A DNA stretch of 64,000 nucleotides, taken from contig NC_086097.1 of NCBI RefSeq assembly GCF_963921235.1, positions 94,552,001 to 94,616,000 on the forward strand, given 5' to 3'. The DNA is from Mobula hypostoma (lineage: Eukaryota). Position 1 is the first letter of the stretch. Each line of letters opens with the position of its first letter. Positions 25,712 to 38,357 of the stretch are shown here, piece by piece. Below the pieces are notes generated by a model. The model was given only the letters and a program-made list of their open reading frames with translations, was not told the origin of the DNA and did no database searches. Made by a program: the position numbers and the translations under genes.

Positions 25712-27327
25712 CAGTGGCATGAAAAAGTTTCCTGGTCAAAATTTCTGTTATTGTGAATAGTTAAGTGAGTAGAAGATGAACTGATCTCCAAATGTCATAA
25801 AGTTAAAGATCAAACATTCTTTTTAACATTTTAAGCAAGATTAGTGTATTATTTTTGTTTTGTACAATTTTAGAGTGATAAAAGGAAAGGAGAACCATGC
25901 AAAAGTTTGGGCACCCCAAGAGATTTGAGCTCTCAGATAACTTTTACCAAGGTCTCAAACCTTAATTAGCTTGTTAGGGCTATGTCTTATTCACAGTCAT
26001 CGTTAGGAGAGGCCAGGTGATGCAAATTTCAAAGCTTTATAAATACCCTGACTCCTCAAACCTTGTCCCAACAATCAGCAGCCATGGGCTCCTCTAAGTA
26101 GCTGCCCAGCACTCTGAAAATTAAAGTAAATGATGCCCACAAAGTAGGAGAAGGTTATAAGAAGATAGCAAAGCATTTTCAGGTAGCCGTTTCCTCAGTT
26201 CATAATGTAATTAAGAAATGGCAGTTAACAGGAACGGTGGAGGTCAAGTTGAGGTCTGGAAGACCAAGAAAACTTTCCAAGAGAACTGCTCATAGGATTG
26301 CTAGAAAGGCAAATCAAAACCCCTGTTTGACTGCAAAAGACCTGCAGGAAGATTTAGCAGACTCCAGAGTGGTGGTGCACTGTTCTACTGTGCAACGACA
26401 CGTGCACAAATATGACCTTCATGGAAGAGTCATCAGAAGAAAACCTTTCCTGCGTCCTCACCACAAAATTCAGTGTCAAAAGTTTGCAAAGGAACATCTA
26501 AACAAGCCTGATGCATTTTAGAGACAAGTCCTGTGGACTGATGAAGTTAAAATAGAACTTTTTGGCAGCAATGAGCAAAGGTATGTTTGGAGAAAAAAGG
26601 GTGCAGAATTTCATGAAAAGAACACCTCTCCAACTGTTAAGCACGGGGGTGGATCGATCATGCTTTGGGCTTGTGTTGCAGCCAGTAGTACAGGGAACAT
26701 TTCATGGGTAGAGGGAAGAATGAATTAAATTATTACCAGCAAATCCTGGAAGCAAACACCACACCGTCTGTAAAAAAGCTGAAGGTGAAAAGAGGATGGC
26801 TTCTACAAGAGAATAATGATCCTAAACACACCTCAAAATTCACAATGGACAACCTCAAGAGGTGCAGGCTGAGGGTTTTGCCATGGCCCTCACAGCCTCC
26901 CCAATCTAAACATCATCGAATATCTGTGGATAGACCTCAAAAGAGCAGTGCATGCAAGACGGCCCAAGAATCTCACAGAACTAGAAGCCTTTTGCAAGGA
27001 AGAATGGGCAAAAATCCCCCAAACAAGAATTGAAAGACTCTTAGCTGGCTACAGAAAGCATTTACAAGCTGTGATACTTGCCTAAGGGGGTGTTACTAAG
27101 AACTGACCATGCAGGGTGCCCAAACTTTTGCTTCAGGCCCTCTTCTTTTTTCGTTATTTTGAAACTGTTAAAGATGGAAATAAAAAAAGTAATCTTGCTT
27201 AAAATATTAAAGAAGTGTGTCATCTTTAACTTCATGCCTTTTGGAAATCAGGTCATCGTTTACTCGCTTGGCTAGTCATAGTAACAGAAATTTTGATCAG
27301 GGGTGCCCAAACTTTTGCATGCCACTG
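25712..27327 (+). mobile_element. Tc1/mariner DNA transposon with long IR/DR-type TIRs
   Basis: TA|CAGTGGCATG...CATGCCACTG|TA; inner repeat CATGCAAAAGTTTGGGCACCC at ~25897, mirrored at ~27115. Confidence 0.95.
26084..27106 (+). pseudogene. Tc1 DDE transposase pseudogene
   Basis: ATG at 26084 with TAG at codon 6; GRPRK motif, WTDE, QENNDPKH, WPSQ..LNIIE; further stops and frameshifts. Confidence 0.92.
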
Positions 27328-27437
27328 TAATGTGTTTAAATTCATAATGGTGCTGTCAGTTTGCAATAGTTCGTCTAAGCTAAAAATGTTTCGTTGATGA
27401 TTTTCATTTATACTCAGTGTCGGAGGCTTCTTGCTTA

Positions 27438-28106
27438 TGTGACGAGAGACTTTGACGAGATGGTTAGGACCCAAATGTTGGAGTATCTGAGGCAAGGATC
27501 AGAACCAAAATGAGGTTTATTATCATTGGTATGTGTCATGAAATTTGTTAACTTAACAGCAGTTCAATACATGATAATATAGAAAGAAAAAATAAATCAA
27601 TCAACTACAGTAAGTATATTGAATAGATTAAAAATCATGCAAAATTAGAAATGATATATATTAAAAAAGTGAGGTAGTGTTCATGGGTTCAGTGCCTATT
27701 TAGGAATCAGATGGCAGAGGGGCAGAAGCTGTTCCTGAATCACTGAGTGTGTGCCTTCAGGCTTCTGTACCTCCTTCCTGATGGTAACAATGAGAAGAGG
27801 GCATTCCTGGGTGTTGAGTGTCCTTAATAATGGATGTCATTATTATCAATTGAGACACGGTATGGAATTGGTACAAGAACTGAGCCCTGAATAAGATGTT
27901 GGACAATATCCCTAGTTGAGATTACGATTGAGCACTGAATCTCTGATCAGGTGCTCCTGAAATACTGAAATCCTGGTGCCAAAACAAAGCAGCCAATTAG
28001 TGCAACGGTCCTGAATCCTGAAAGGGACTGTGCCAGCTAGCCGTACTCCGGAGAGTTAGAGCATTGGAATTCCTGAAGCTGGCACAGTTGGGTGCATATC
28101 ATAACA
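27438..28106 (-). repeat. 3' LTR of the Gypsy element (contains a LINE insertion at 27500-27848)
   Basis: Aligns with 36793-37124; purine-rich GGGGTGGAGATCC (PPT-like) immediately internal on minus strand. Confidence 0.92.
27500..27848 (-). mobile_element. Rex1/Babar-type LINE 3' fragment inserted in the 3' LTR
   Basis: Absent from the other LTR; minus strand reads HPG.ALFSLLPSGRRYRSL..FRNSF; flanked by AT/AT. Confidence 0.8.
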
Positions 28107-28898
28107 GGATCTCCACCCCTATGGCCAACTCCTGCTGGCCCTGGCTGCTCAGAGAGACAGTGACGATAATCGTGGATGTGAGCTGGATTCAAAATGTCTT
28201 TTTCAGGCACCCAGCACCTCTCCTTGGGTCCAAACCCTCCCCAGTTCACAAACAATCTGCGTGTCCAAAATTTTTCTGTTCCCTATCGATATACCTGGGT
28301 GGCAGCGAGCTGATGGTGGGGATAAGGGTTTTCTGTTGACAGATTTCAATTTAGAGATATGGAAAATGGGATTGATCTTCAGAGTCTTGGGGAGCTGCAG
28401 GACGTAAGCCATCGGGTTTACTTTCTTGAGGGCTTTGAAAGGCCCAACGAGCTTGGGTGCCATCTTTCTGGACTCCATTCCGAGAGGTAAATCCTGAGTG
28501 GACAGCCAGACCTGCTGCCCAGTCTGCAAAGTGGCTCCTTGTCTTCTCCTTCGGTTGGCCTTGGTTTCCGCCTTCCAGTTAGAGGCCACCAAAATCTCTC
28601 TTGCCCTAGTCCATTTTTGCCTGCAAGGTCTTTGGCTGCAGGAACCCCAACCTCAGACCCTTGTTCGGGAAGATTAGGGGAGGATACTCCAACTGTCACT
28701 CGAATGTTGACATCCCGAGTACCAAGTGTTGTAAGGTGTGGGCGACCTCTTCCCACATCAAATGGGAGCACCACTGAGGTCAGGCATCTTAGGGTTCGTT
28801 CCAAATCTTGGTTGACCCACTCTGTCTGGCCATTGGACTGCGGGTGAAACCCAGAGGAAAGACTTGCTGTTGGCCCAGTCAGTTTACAGAGCGCCCTC
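28107..28898 (-). pseudogene. Gypsy integrase C-terminus with GPY/F motif and chromodomain
   Basis: [50 protein letters not shown]. Confidence 0.9.
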
Positions 28899-28970
28899 AT
28901 AGAACCATAGAACCATAGAAACTACAGCACAGAAACTGGGCCTTCTTGGCTGTGCCGAACCATTTTCTGC

Positions 28971-31859
28971 CTAGTCCCACTGACCTGCACACGGACCATA
29001 TCCCTCCATACACCTCCCATCCATGTATCTGTCCAATTTATTCTTAAATGTTAAAAAAGAACCCGCATTTACCACCTCGTCTGGCAGCTCATTCCATACT
29101 CCCACCACTCTCTGTATGAAGAAGCCCCCCCTAATGTTCCCTTTAAACTTTTCCCCCCTCAACCTTAACCCATGTCCTCTGGGTTTTTTTCTCGCCTTGC
29201 CTCAGTGGAAAAAGCCTGCTTGCATTCACTCTATCTATACCCATCATAATTTTATATACCTCTATCAAATCTCCCTTCATTCTTCTACGCTCCAGGGAAT
29301 AAAGTCCTAAGCTATTCAACCTTTCTCTGTAACTGAGTTTCTCAAGTCCCGGCAACATCCTTGTAAACCTTCTCTGCACTCTTTCAACCTTATTTATATC
29401 CTTCCTGTAATTTGGTGACCAAAACTGAACACAATACTCCAGATTCGGCCTCACCAATGCCTTATACAACCTCAACATAACATTCCAGCTCTTATACTCA
29501 ATACTTCGTTTAATAAAGGCCAATGTACCAAAAGCTCTCTTTACGACCGTATCTACCTGTGACGACACTTTTAGGGAATTTTGTATCTGTATTCCCAGAT
29601 CCCTCTGTTCCACTGCACTCCTCAGTGCCTTACCATTAACCCTGTATGTTCTACGTTGGTTTGTCCTTCCAACGTGCAATACCTCACACTTGTCAGTATT
29701 AAACTCCATCTGCCATTTTTCAGCCCATTTTTCCAGCTGGTCCAAGACCCTCTGCAGGCTCTGAAAACCTTCTTCTCTGTCTACTACACCTCCAATCTTT
29801 GTATCATCAGCAAACTTGCTGATCCAATTTACCACATTATCATCCAGATTTTTGATATAGATGACAAATAACAATGGACCCAGCACTGATCCCTGTGGCA
29901 CACCACTAGTCACAGGCCTCCACTCAGAGAAGCAATTCTCTACCACCACTCTCTGGCTTCTTCCATCGAGCCAATGTCTAATCCAATTTACCACCTCTCC
30001 ATGTATACCTAGCGACTGAATTTTCCTAACTAAGCTCCCATGCGGGACCTTATCAAAGGCCTTACTGAAGTCCATGTAGACAATATCCACTGCCTTCCCT
30101 TCATCCACTTTCCTGGTAACCTCCTCAAAAAACTCCAACAGATTGGTCAAACATGACCTACCACGCACAAAGCCATGTTGACTCTCCCTAATAAGCCCCT
30201 GCCTATCCAAATGCTTGTAGATTCTGTCTCTTAGTACTCCCTCCAATAACTTACCTACTACTGACGTTAAACTCACCGGCCTATAATTTCCCGGATTACT
30301 TTTCGATCCTTTTTCAAACAACGGAACAACATGAGCCACTCTCCAATCCTCCGGCACTTCGCCCGTAGACAGCGACATTTTAAATATTTCTGCCAGGGCC
30401 CCCGCAATTTCAACACTAGTCTCCTTCAAGGTCCGAGGGAACACTCTGTCAGGTCCTGGGGATTTATCCACTTTAATTTTCCTCAAGACAGCAAGCACCT
30501 CCTCCTTTTCAATCTGTAGTTTCCATGGTCTCACTACTTGATTTCCTCAATTCCATAGATTTCATGCCAGCTTCCTTAGTAAATACAGACGCAAAAAACC
30601 TATTTAAGATCTCCTCCATTTCCTTTGGTTCCGCACAAAGCCAACCACTCTGATCTTCAAGAGGACCAATTTTATCCCTTACAATCCTTTTGCTCTTAAT
30701 ATACTTGTAAAAGCTCTTTGGATTATCCTTCACTTTGACTGCCAAGGCAACCTCATGTCTTCTTTTTGCCCTCCTGATTTCTTTCTTAAGTATTTTCTTG
30801 CACTTCTTATACTCCTCAAGCACCTGATTTACCCCCTGTTTCCTATACATTTCATACAACTCCCTCTTCTTCTTTATCAGAGTTGCAATATCCCTTGAGA
30901 ACCAAGGTTCCTTATTCCTATTCAATTTGCCTTTAATCCTGACAGGAACATACAAACTCTGCACTCTCAAAATTTCCCCTTTGAAGGCTTCCCACCTACC
31001 AATCACATCTTTGCCAGAGAACAACCTGTCCCAATCCACGCTTTTTAGATCCTTTCTCATTTCTTCAAATTTGGCCTTCTTCCAGTTCAGAACCTCAACC
31101 CTGGGACCAGATCTATCCTTGTCCATGTTCAAATTGAAACTAATGGTGTTATGATCACTGGAACCAAAGTGCTCCCCTACACAGACTTCTGTCACTTGCC
31201 CTAATTCGTTTCCTAACAGGAGATCCAATATTGCATCCCCTCTAGTTGGTCCCTCTATATACTGATTTAGAAAAACTTTCCTGAACACATTTTACAAACT
31301 CTAAACCATCTAGACCCCTAACAGTATGGGAGTCCCAATCAATGTATGGAAAATTAAAATCCCCTACCACCACAACTTTATGTTTCCTGCAGTTGCCTGC
31401 TATCTCTCTGCAGATTTGCTCTTCCAAGTCTCGTTGACTATTGGGTGGTCTGTAATACAATCCCACTAATGTGGCCATACCTTTCCTGTTTCTCAGCTCC
31501 ACCCATAAGGACTCAGTAGACAAGCCCTCTAATCTGTCCTGCCTGAGCACTGCTGTAATATTTTCCCTAACAAGCAATGCTACTCCCCCACCTTTCATTC
31601 CTCTGCCTCGATCACATCTGAAACATCGGAACCCTGGAATATTAAGCTGCCAGTCCTGCCCCTCCTGTAGCCAAGATTCACTAATTGCTACAACATCATA
31701 ATTCCACGTGTCAATCCACGTCCTCAACTCATCCGCCTTCCCCGCAATACTCCTAGCAATGAAATATATACACCTCAGAAGATTTTTACCACCACTCACA
31801 ACCTTTCTATCAGCGGATTTGCTTAAACTTTCAACATCATTTATTTTCACCCCAGCCAC
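28971..31859 (-). pseudogene. CR1 ORF2 (APE endonuclease + reverse transcriptase), frameshifted
   Basis: YYRPPNS, GDFN, SDHN, PGPD, QHGF, GVPQGSVLGP, FADD; four consecutive ORF pieces 31242-31859, 30509-31288, 29143-30534, 28971-29162. Confidence 0.95.
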
Positions 31860-31899
31860 ACTGTCAGCTCTAGCACTCTGGTCCCATCCCCCTGCAAAT

Positions 31900-32835
31900 C
31901 TAGTTTAAAGCCTCCCCAATAGCACTAACAAACCTCCCTGAAAGGATATTGGTCCCCCTGTGGTTCAAGTGTAACCCGTCTCTCTTGTACAGGTCCCACC
32001 TGCCCCAGAAGAGGTCCCAATGATCCTGAAATCTGAAACCCTGCCCCCTACACCAGTTCCTCAGCCACTTGTTCCTCCTCCAGAGCATCCTATTCCTACC
32101 CTCACTGGCACCTAGCACAGGTAGCAATCCTGAGATTACCACCCTTGAGGTCCTGCTTTTCAACTTCCTACCAAGCTCTCTATACTCACTGTCCAGGACC
32201 TCTTCACCCTTCCTTGCTATGTCATTGGTACCAATGTGCACCATGACATCTGGCTGGTCACCCTCTCACTTCAGAATGTCATGCAATCGATCAGAGACAT
32301 TCTTGACCCTGGCACCTGGGAGGCAACAAACCATCCTGGATTCTCTGTCACGACCACAGAACCTCTTATCTGCACCTCTAACTATCGAGTCCCCTATCAC
32401 TACCGCTCTCCTCTTTCTCCCCCCTCCCTTCTGCACTGCAGAGCCAGACTCAGTACCAGAGATCCGGCTACTGCAGCTTGTCCCAGGTAAGTCATCCCCC
32501 CCAACAGTATCCAATGCGGTATACTTGTTGTTGAGGGGAATGGCCACAGGGGAACCCTGCTCTGCCTGCCCTTTCCCCTTCCCTCGCCTGACAGTGACCC
32601 AATTTCCTGTCCTCTGCTCCTTTGGAGTAACTACCTCCCTGTAGCTACTATCTATAATCTCCTCATTCTCCCGAATGATCCGCAGGTCATCCAGCTCCTG
32701 CTCCAGTTCCCTAACGCGGTTTGTTAGGAGCTGCAGCTGGATGCACTTCTTGCAGGTGTCGTTGTCATGGACACCGGAGGGCTCCCTGACTTCCCACATC
32801 CTGCAAGAGGAGCATTCTAACATCCTGCCTGGCAT
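31900..32835 (-). pseudogene. CR1 ORF1 (zinc finger/leucine zipper + SGNH esterase), one premature stop
   Basis: CSSC..CKKC, LxxRVRELExEL, GDSIVR, HIGTND, DGLHLN; in-frame TGA at 32266-32268. Confidence 0.92.
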
Positions 32836-33042
32836 TCTCTCTGCGCTAGACAATCTGAACAAAAAAAAACTTACCGGAACCTACCTTGGCCTCTGCCTGT
32901 TCTTGCCGAAGCCTGTTTGAGCCAAAGCCGCCCCACTCTGACTCAGTCCACTCTAATGATGGCCGCCGTATATGGTGGTCTGCTTTTTAAACCTTGGCGC
33001 GCTACGTCACGCGCCTGCGCAGTGCAGACCCTTCTCCCCGAG

Positions 33043-36000
33043 CAGAAGCACGATGCGAATTGTAGACCATGATTCAAGGACAATGTCCGGGAACTCGTGG
33101 ATCATGAAGACCTGGACCAGGACAATTTTGGATGTTTCTGTCAGAGACAGTAGCTTGTTCAAGGCAGTGAATTTGCAGGCCTTCGACAATTACCATGGTA
33201 ATGGTCTTCCCCGCGGATGGCGGAAGACATGTGACAAAGTCCATGGAGGCAAGTGCCCATGGTCTGTCTGGAACAGACAGTGGGTGGAGGATCCCTTAAG
33301 GGTGGATACGGGGCTCCTTGTTCCGGGCACAGACCACGTATTGTTGAACCTCTTTCACCATTCTGGGCCACCAGTACCTTCTCTTGATGAACTCGAGTGT
33401 CCTGGCAATCCCTGGGAGAGCGGCCATTCTCGATGAATGTCCACATTGGAGTACCTGAGGCCGGACGGAACTTGGGACGAACAGCTACCCTGGAGGACTG
33501 TTCTTAGAAATCTCCCCTTGTGCTTGGGCCTTGCAAACAAGGGCGTCTATACCCCAATGAGTTGGCGCTACCACCTTGGCTTGGGCCAAAATGGGGGCAG
33601 TCTGCTCCTCTCGTTCGGGTTTGTCAAACTGATGGGATGAGGCATCTGGTTTCTGGTTTTCTCACTCCGGTCAATAGGTCAGGATGAAATTAAAGCGGTT
33701 AAAGAGAAGAGACCACCTGGTCTGCCTGGAATTCAGTCTCTTGTCTCCTGACTACAAGCCAGGCTCTTGTGGTCTGTCCAAATGATAAAAGGTTCTTGGC
33801 CCCTTCAAGTCAGTGACTTTCAAAGCCAATTTAACTGCAAGTAAGCTCCTGATTCCTGATGTCATGGTTCCTCTCTGCTGGGGATAGCTGCCTGGAGAAG
33901 AGTGCACACAGATGCAGTTTATTGCCTGAACGGAATCGTTGAGACAACACTGCACCCACCCCGATGTGAGGTATCCTCCTCCACGATGAAGGGAAGGTCC
34001 GGCTTACATGAAACCAAAACGGTAGCTGATGTGAACTGTTGTTTGAGCTCTACAAAAGCAACCTTCACTTTGGTAGTCCGGACAGAAGGGCCCATGGATT
34101 TCTCGTTCAGAGCTGTCTGCAGGGCTGCCACTGAACTAAAGTTCCTGATGAACTTCCGGTAAAAGCTGGCAAATCCCAGGAATCATTGGACCTGTTGGAT
34201 GCTGGTGGCCAACCTCTGACTGCCAGAGATTTCCATTAAAGATGATAAAGCCCAAAAATGAAATGGTGGTCATGTGAAATTCAGACTTCTCCAGCTTGAC
34301 ATAAAGTCCATGGTCCAGCAGCCTCTTTAAAATGTCTCTGACTTGAGTGACATGCTTCTCCATAGACTTCGAGAAGATTACGATATCATCCAAGTAGACA
34401 AAGGTGTACTTATGTAGAATATCCCAGAGCACATCGTTTATAAAGGCCTGAAAAACTGCTGGAGTGTTTACAAGACCGAAGGGCATAACCGAGTACTCAT
34501 AGTGGCCCATCATGTATTGAAAGTGGTTTTCACTCATTGCCCTCCTTTATGCAGACCAGATTGCAAGCACTCTGCAAGTCTAGCTTCATGACCCTCGGAG
34601 AATCTCGAAGGCAGTATTATGAGTGGAAGGAGGTAACAATTCTTGGCTGTTATGTGGTTCAACTCTTTATAATCAATGCACGTCTGCAGGCTCCCATTTA
34701 TTTTTGTACAAAGAAGCCTGCACCAGCTGGTGAGATGGGGGGCCAAATGAAACCCCTGGCAAGAGCCTCCTTTATATACTCCTCCATTGCCCTCCTCTCT
34801 GGGCCTGAGAGTATGTATAAGTGGATCTTGTGGAGGACAGGTACCGGGTAGTAGGTCTATAGCACAGTCGTAGGGTTAGTGCGGTGGAAGGTCAAGGCCT
34901 TTCCCTCACTGAAGACTTGTTCCAGGTCCTGGAAAACGAAGGAACTTCGACCTGGTTGCGTGTTGCAAGTTCCTCAGAACATTCCTTCAGGGATGGCTCC
35001 TGAGGCTTCAGAGGTGATGGGGCGACTCGACTGACCTCAGAGTCTCCTCTAAGCAATGGCCGAGTCAAAGTCCACATCCTCAGGCGCCGGCTACGAGGCG
35101 TTACAGATGGTCCTTGTATCCCCTGGAACAGACTCCTAGGGTCTGAGTTTAGGAGTCTTCTCTTTAGTTGGGACCTGGTGGCTGGATCCCTTAGGCTGCA
35201 AGAGTTCTCGGCTGCCTGGGCACCTCCTAGGTCTTCAGCTGAACTAGAGGTTCCCTCCCTCTACTTCCAGCGCAACCTGCAGCTAAACAGGGACTCACAC
35301 AGTCCCATTAGTGGGACAGGCTTGTCTGTCTTTGAGGGCAGGATTCGGTCTCCAGAAGGCAACAGGTTACCTCGCACTGAAGTCTGCCCCCTTGTTGGTC
35401 GTTGGTCTCGAGAGATTCCAGGGCTCGGATCCCTACACCGTGAACATATCCTCTCACAATGACTGGACCGAGCAATGGTTCTTCCACCCATTTCACAGAA
35501 GGACTGTGCTGGGACAGCCCAGGGTGCCTGAAGATCAGGGGACTGATGTACAAACTACTGTCTTCCACATGATCCTCAATCCTCGTTTGCATGACTAATG
35601 TCTGTTGCTGCATCTGCCCAGAATCTAGCGGACAGCTGTCCAAGGCAGTGGAGAGCAGGGACTGGCTTAACTCTCGCAGCGGTGTGTGGAGCCGACCGGC
35701 AGTCTCCAAGTCCAGGAAGTTACCAGCTGCCCCAGAGTCCACAAAAGGCCTCACCTTGCTTTGACTCTTACCCCAGGAGATCACCGCCTTCAGCGTGACA
35801 CCTGAATCCATAGGGCTGGGAGTGGTGGCTGTTACTGTTGTGGTCCTCCCAGCACTGGACGATCTTAGCAGTTCCCCCGACAGCTGCAGCCTCGAGCATT
35901 CAGCCCACAGGTGACCTGTCTCCCTGTGGTAATAGCAGCAGCCTTGACTCCGACACCGGGACCTCTCATCAGCGGAGGGTCTAGCGGAGCCGATTTGCAC

Positions 36001-36776
36001 GGGTACATCTGGATCTTGAGCAGGAGAGGGGCTGGTCATGGTTCGAGGTGAGGGAGTGGAACTGCGATGCATTGACTCTCAGCTCAGGCTAGCCCTCTTC
36101 GACCTCTTGAAGTAGTCCCACTTTCACCTTGCCCGATGATTACCAAAGTGAATGGGCTGGTCCGCCAGAACCTCTAAGCCCTCCGCTGGCTCTCCCAAGG
36201 TGAGGGAAACCTTCAGTTCATCTCAGAGTCTGTGGCAGTATAGCGTGGACAAGGCCTCCCTGTTCCAGCCACTCGCTTGGGCCAAGGTCTGAAACTCGGT
36301 AACGTCATCTGTCCTGTCGCATCCTCATCGGACCGTCCGAGGCTCAGCTGGCTCCGAGGGGTGATGGAACACCTTCCTCATGGTGGCCCTGAATCCCTCT
36401 GAATCCGAGCAAACCTCCGACCTTCATTCCCAAAGCACGGTGGCTCAGGCCAGGGCTCTTCCAATTAGAAGAGAGACAATGGAAGCCACTTTTCCACACT
36501 CCAAAGGAACCGGGACGGCTGGAGTTCAAGCAATAATGAGCATTGGGTGGGGAAGCCACGGCAAGAACCCAGATCACCATCGAATCTCTCTGGGGTCGGA
36601 AAATGTACCGGCTCCACAAAGTGATCGACAGCCTCACCCGAGCAACTCTGCCTTCCTCCTTGCAAAAGATGACACAGGGCGGTCTGCAGGTCGTGTATCT
36701 CCAGGCTCTCTCTAGAAATCCTTTCATTGTGGCTGGCCGCAACGGATGAAAGATTCCAGTACCCTGCGGGGTCCAC
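33043..36776 (-). pseudogene. Gypsy gag-pol (gag, protease, RT, RNase H, integrase N-terminus), degenerate
   Basis: PERFDGD..CRGF..QCSL..ELQP gag motif; decayed CCHC knuckle; FVDSGAAGNF protease; [18 protein letters not shown]. Confidence 0.92.
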
Positions 36777-36792
36777 ATTGGCTCAATCTTCC

Positions 36793-37124
36793 TGTGATGA
36801 GAGACCTTGACAGAGGATCGTTTGGACCCAAATGCTGGAGAATCCGAGACAAAGATTGAGACTCGGTATGGAATTGGTATGGGAACTGAGAACTGAGCAC
36901 TGAATAAGACGCTATTCAATATCCCTAGTTGAGATTACGATTGAGCTCTGAACCTCTGATCAGGTGCTCCTGAAATACTGAAATTCTGGTGCCAAAACAA
37001 GGCAGCCAATTAGTGCAATGGTCCTGAATCCTTAAAGGGACTGTGCCAGCTAGCCGTACTCCGGAAAGTTAGAGCATTGGAATTCCAGAAGCTGGCACAG
37101 TTGGGTTGGGTGCGTATCGTAACA
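36793..37124 (-). repeat. 5' LTR of the Gypsy element (332 bp)
   Basis: TGTGATG...CGTAACA on + strand; aligns with the 3' LTR. Confidence 0.93.
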
Positions 37125-37794
37125 GCTTAATTGTCTAACAATAATCAGTTAGCATTGAGGGATTCCAGTTACCCTGATAACGTTTCTCCAAGACCACAAT
37201 GTCCTGGTGAAACTGTTCACCATGCTCATCTCTGACAGCACCAGGATTTGCAGGGAAGAAGTCTAAATGGGAATGCAGAAAATGAATCTTTAGTGACATG
37301 TTGCGCTTCATGGTTTTGTATGCTTGAAGCATGTTGTCAACCAGCTGCACATAGTTTGGTGCTCTGTAGTTAACAAAAAAATTTTCAACAACATCTTTGA
37401 ATACCTTCCATGCGATTTTCCATGGTCCCACTAGAAGTTCTTTGAATTGCCTGTCAATGATGACCTGTTTGATTTGTGGACCAACAAAAATGCCTTCTTT
37501 AATCTTGGCATTAGTTATTCTGACTTGAGTTATGAATTGAAAAAATAAATGTAGGCGGTTTCAAAAAATGGTGCATGATAAGAAAATTTCACGGTGATTT
37601 TCATGATCAGGAGCCCAAAATCCGTAAGATACACCCAAAAGTATTCAGGAAGCAAAATCTTTGTTGTCCACTGTATTGAATCAGCTCTTGCACCAGTATG
37701 AAAACATGTCTGATTGTGTTTCTTGTTAGCACAAGCTTTTCCTTCAATGTCTTATATACAAACGTGTAACTTATGTCCTGTATTTTGTCTGGAA

Positions 37795-38020
37795 GAAACA
37801 CCCCGAGTTGCCTGCCAGCCTAGTCATCATACGGGAGCCCAAGCATGGGAGGATGAACCCTGGGCGCCCTCCCAAGACTATGGTCAACACGCTCCTAGAA
37901 GACAGCGGTGCAGCTAATGTAGATGAACTGAACACACTGATGAGGGAGAGGGAGAAGTGGAGAGTCCGTCATCGTGCCCGACGCTGGACCCCTAGGCCTG
38001 AGTCGACATAGTAGTAGTAG
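37795..38020 (+). mobile_element. RTE/RTE-X-like LINE 3' end with (TAG)n tail
   Basis: HPELPASLVI.EPKHG..PGRP..T.V.TL..D..L..LM..RE.W; tail TAGTAGTAGTAG. Confidence 0.7.
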
Positions 38021-38357
38021 TTTGTCTGAATCTTCGTGCCTGTAATGCTGCTGTAAACAAGCTTTTCTTTGCATTTGTACCTCACTGTACTTGCGCACAT
38101 CACAATAAACTTCACTTGAAATGGACTCTTTCTGTGTTTTTAGATGTTCCTATTAAGATTTGGAGTTGGTCAGTGTTGTTGATATGCACACAGTTGCTGA
38201 CAGAAACCTCAGTGTTAATCCTCACATCCTGAACTATCAAGCCAAGAGGTATTTATCTGAAAGAGTTCCCAGTCATCTGGAGAATCATCATTCTGAGTGA
38301 AGACCCTGGGGCAAGTGGCCTGTTTGATCACTGGGTAACAATGTAACATACTGTACT

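Larger units (their letters stand above)
28899..33042 (-). mobile_element. Near full-length CR1 LINE (4.1 kb) inserted in the Gypsy integrase
   Basis: (CATAGAAC)n tail at 28898; ORF1 and ORF2 present; removing it restores integrase QFASCF-WRALCKL. Confidence 0.96.
27438..37124 (-). mobile_element. Full-length degenerate Ty3/Gypsy chromodomain LTR retrotransposon (Tf1/sushi-like)
   Basis: Perfect 5-bp TSD GCTTA (27433-27437 and 37125-37129); two TG..CA LTRs; gag-PR-RT-RH-IN-chromodomain order on minus strand. Confidence 0.95.
25610..37673 (-). mobile_element. Internally deleted Chapaev3-like (CMC) DNA transposon, split by Tc1 and Gypsy insertions
   Basis: Transposase C-terminus KEGIFVGPQI..MSLKIHFLHSHLDFFP..DEHGEQFHQDI..EKRYQG (37135-37520) continues across the Gypsy TSD as KQEASDTEYK*KSSTKHF* at ~27380-27437; terminal TTTGTTGTCCACTG at 37660-37673; left end approximate. 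Confidence 0.75.

Noticed and set aside
33043..36776. Domesticated PEG10/RTL-like gene
   Set aside because: Many stops and frameshifts, flanking LTRs and TSD: a decayed retrotransposon
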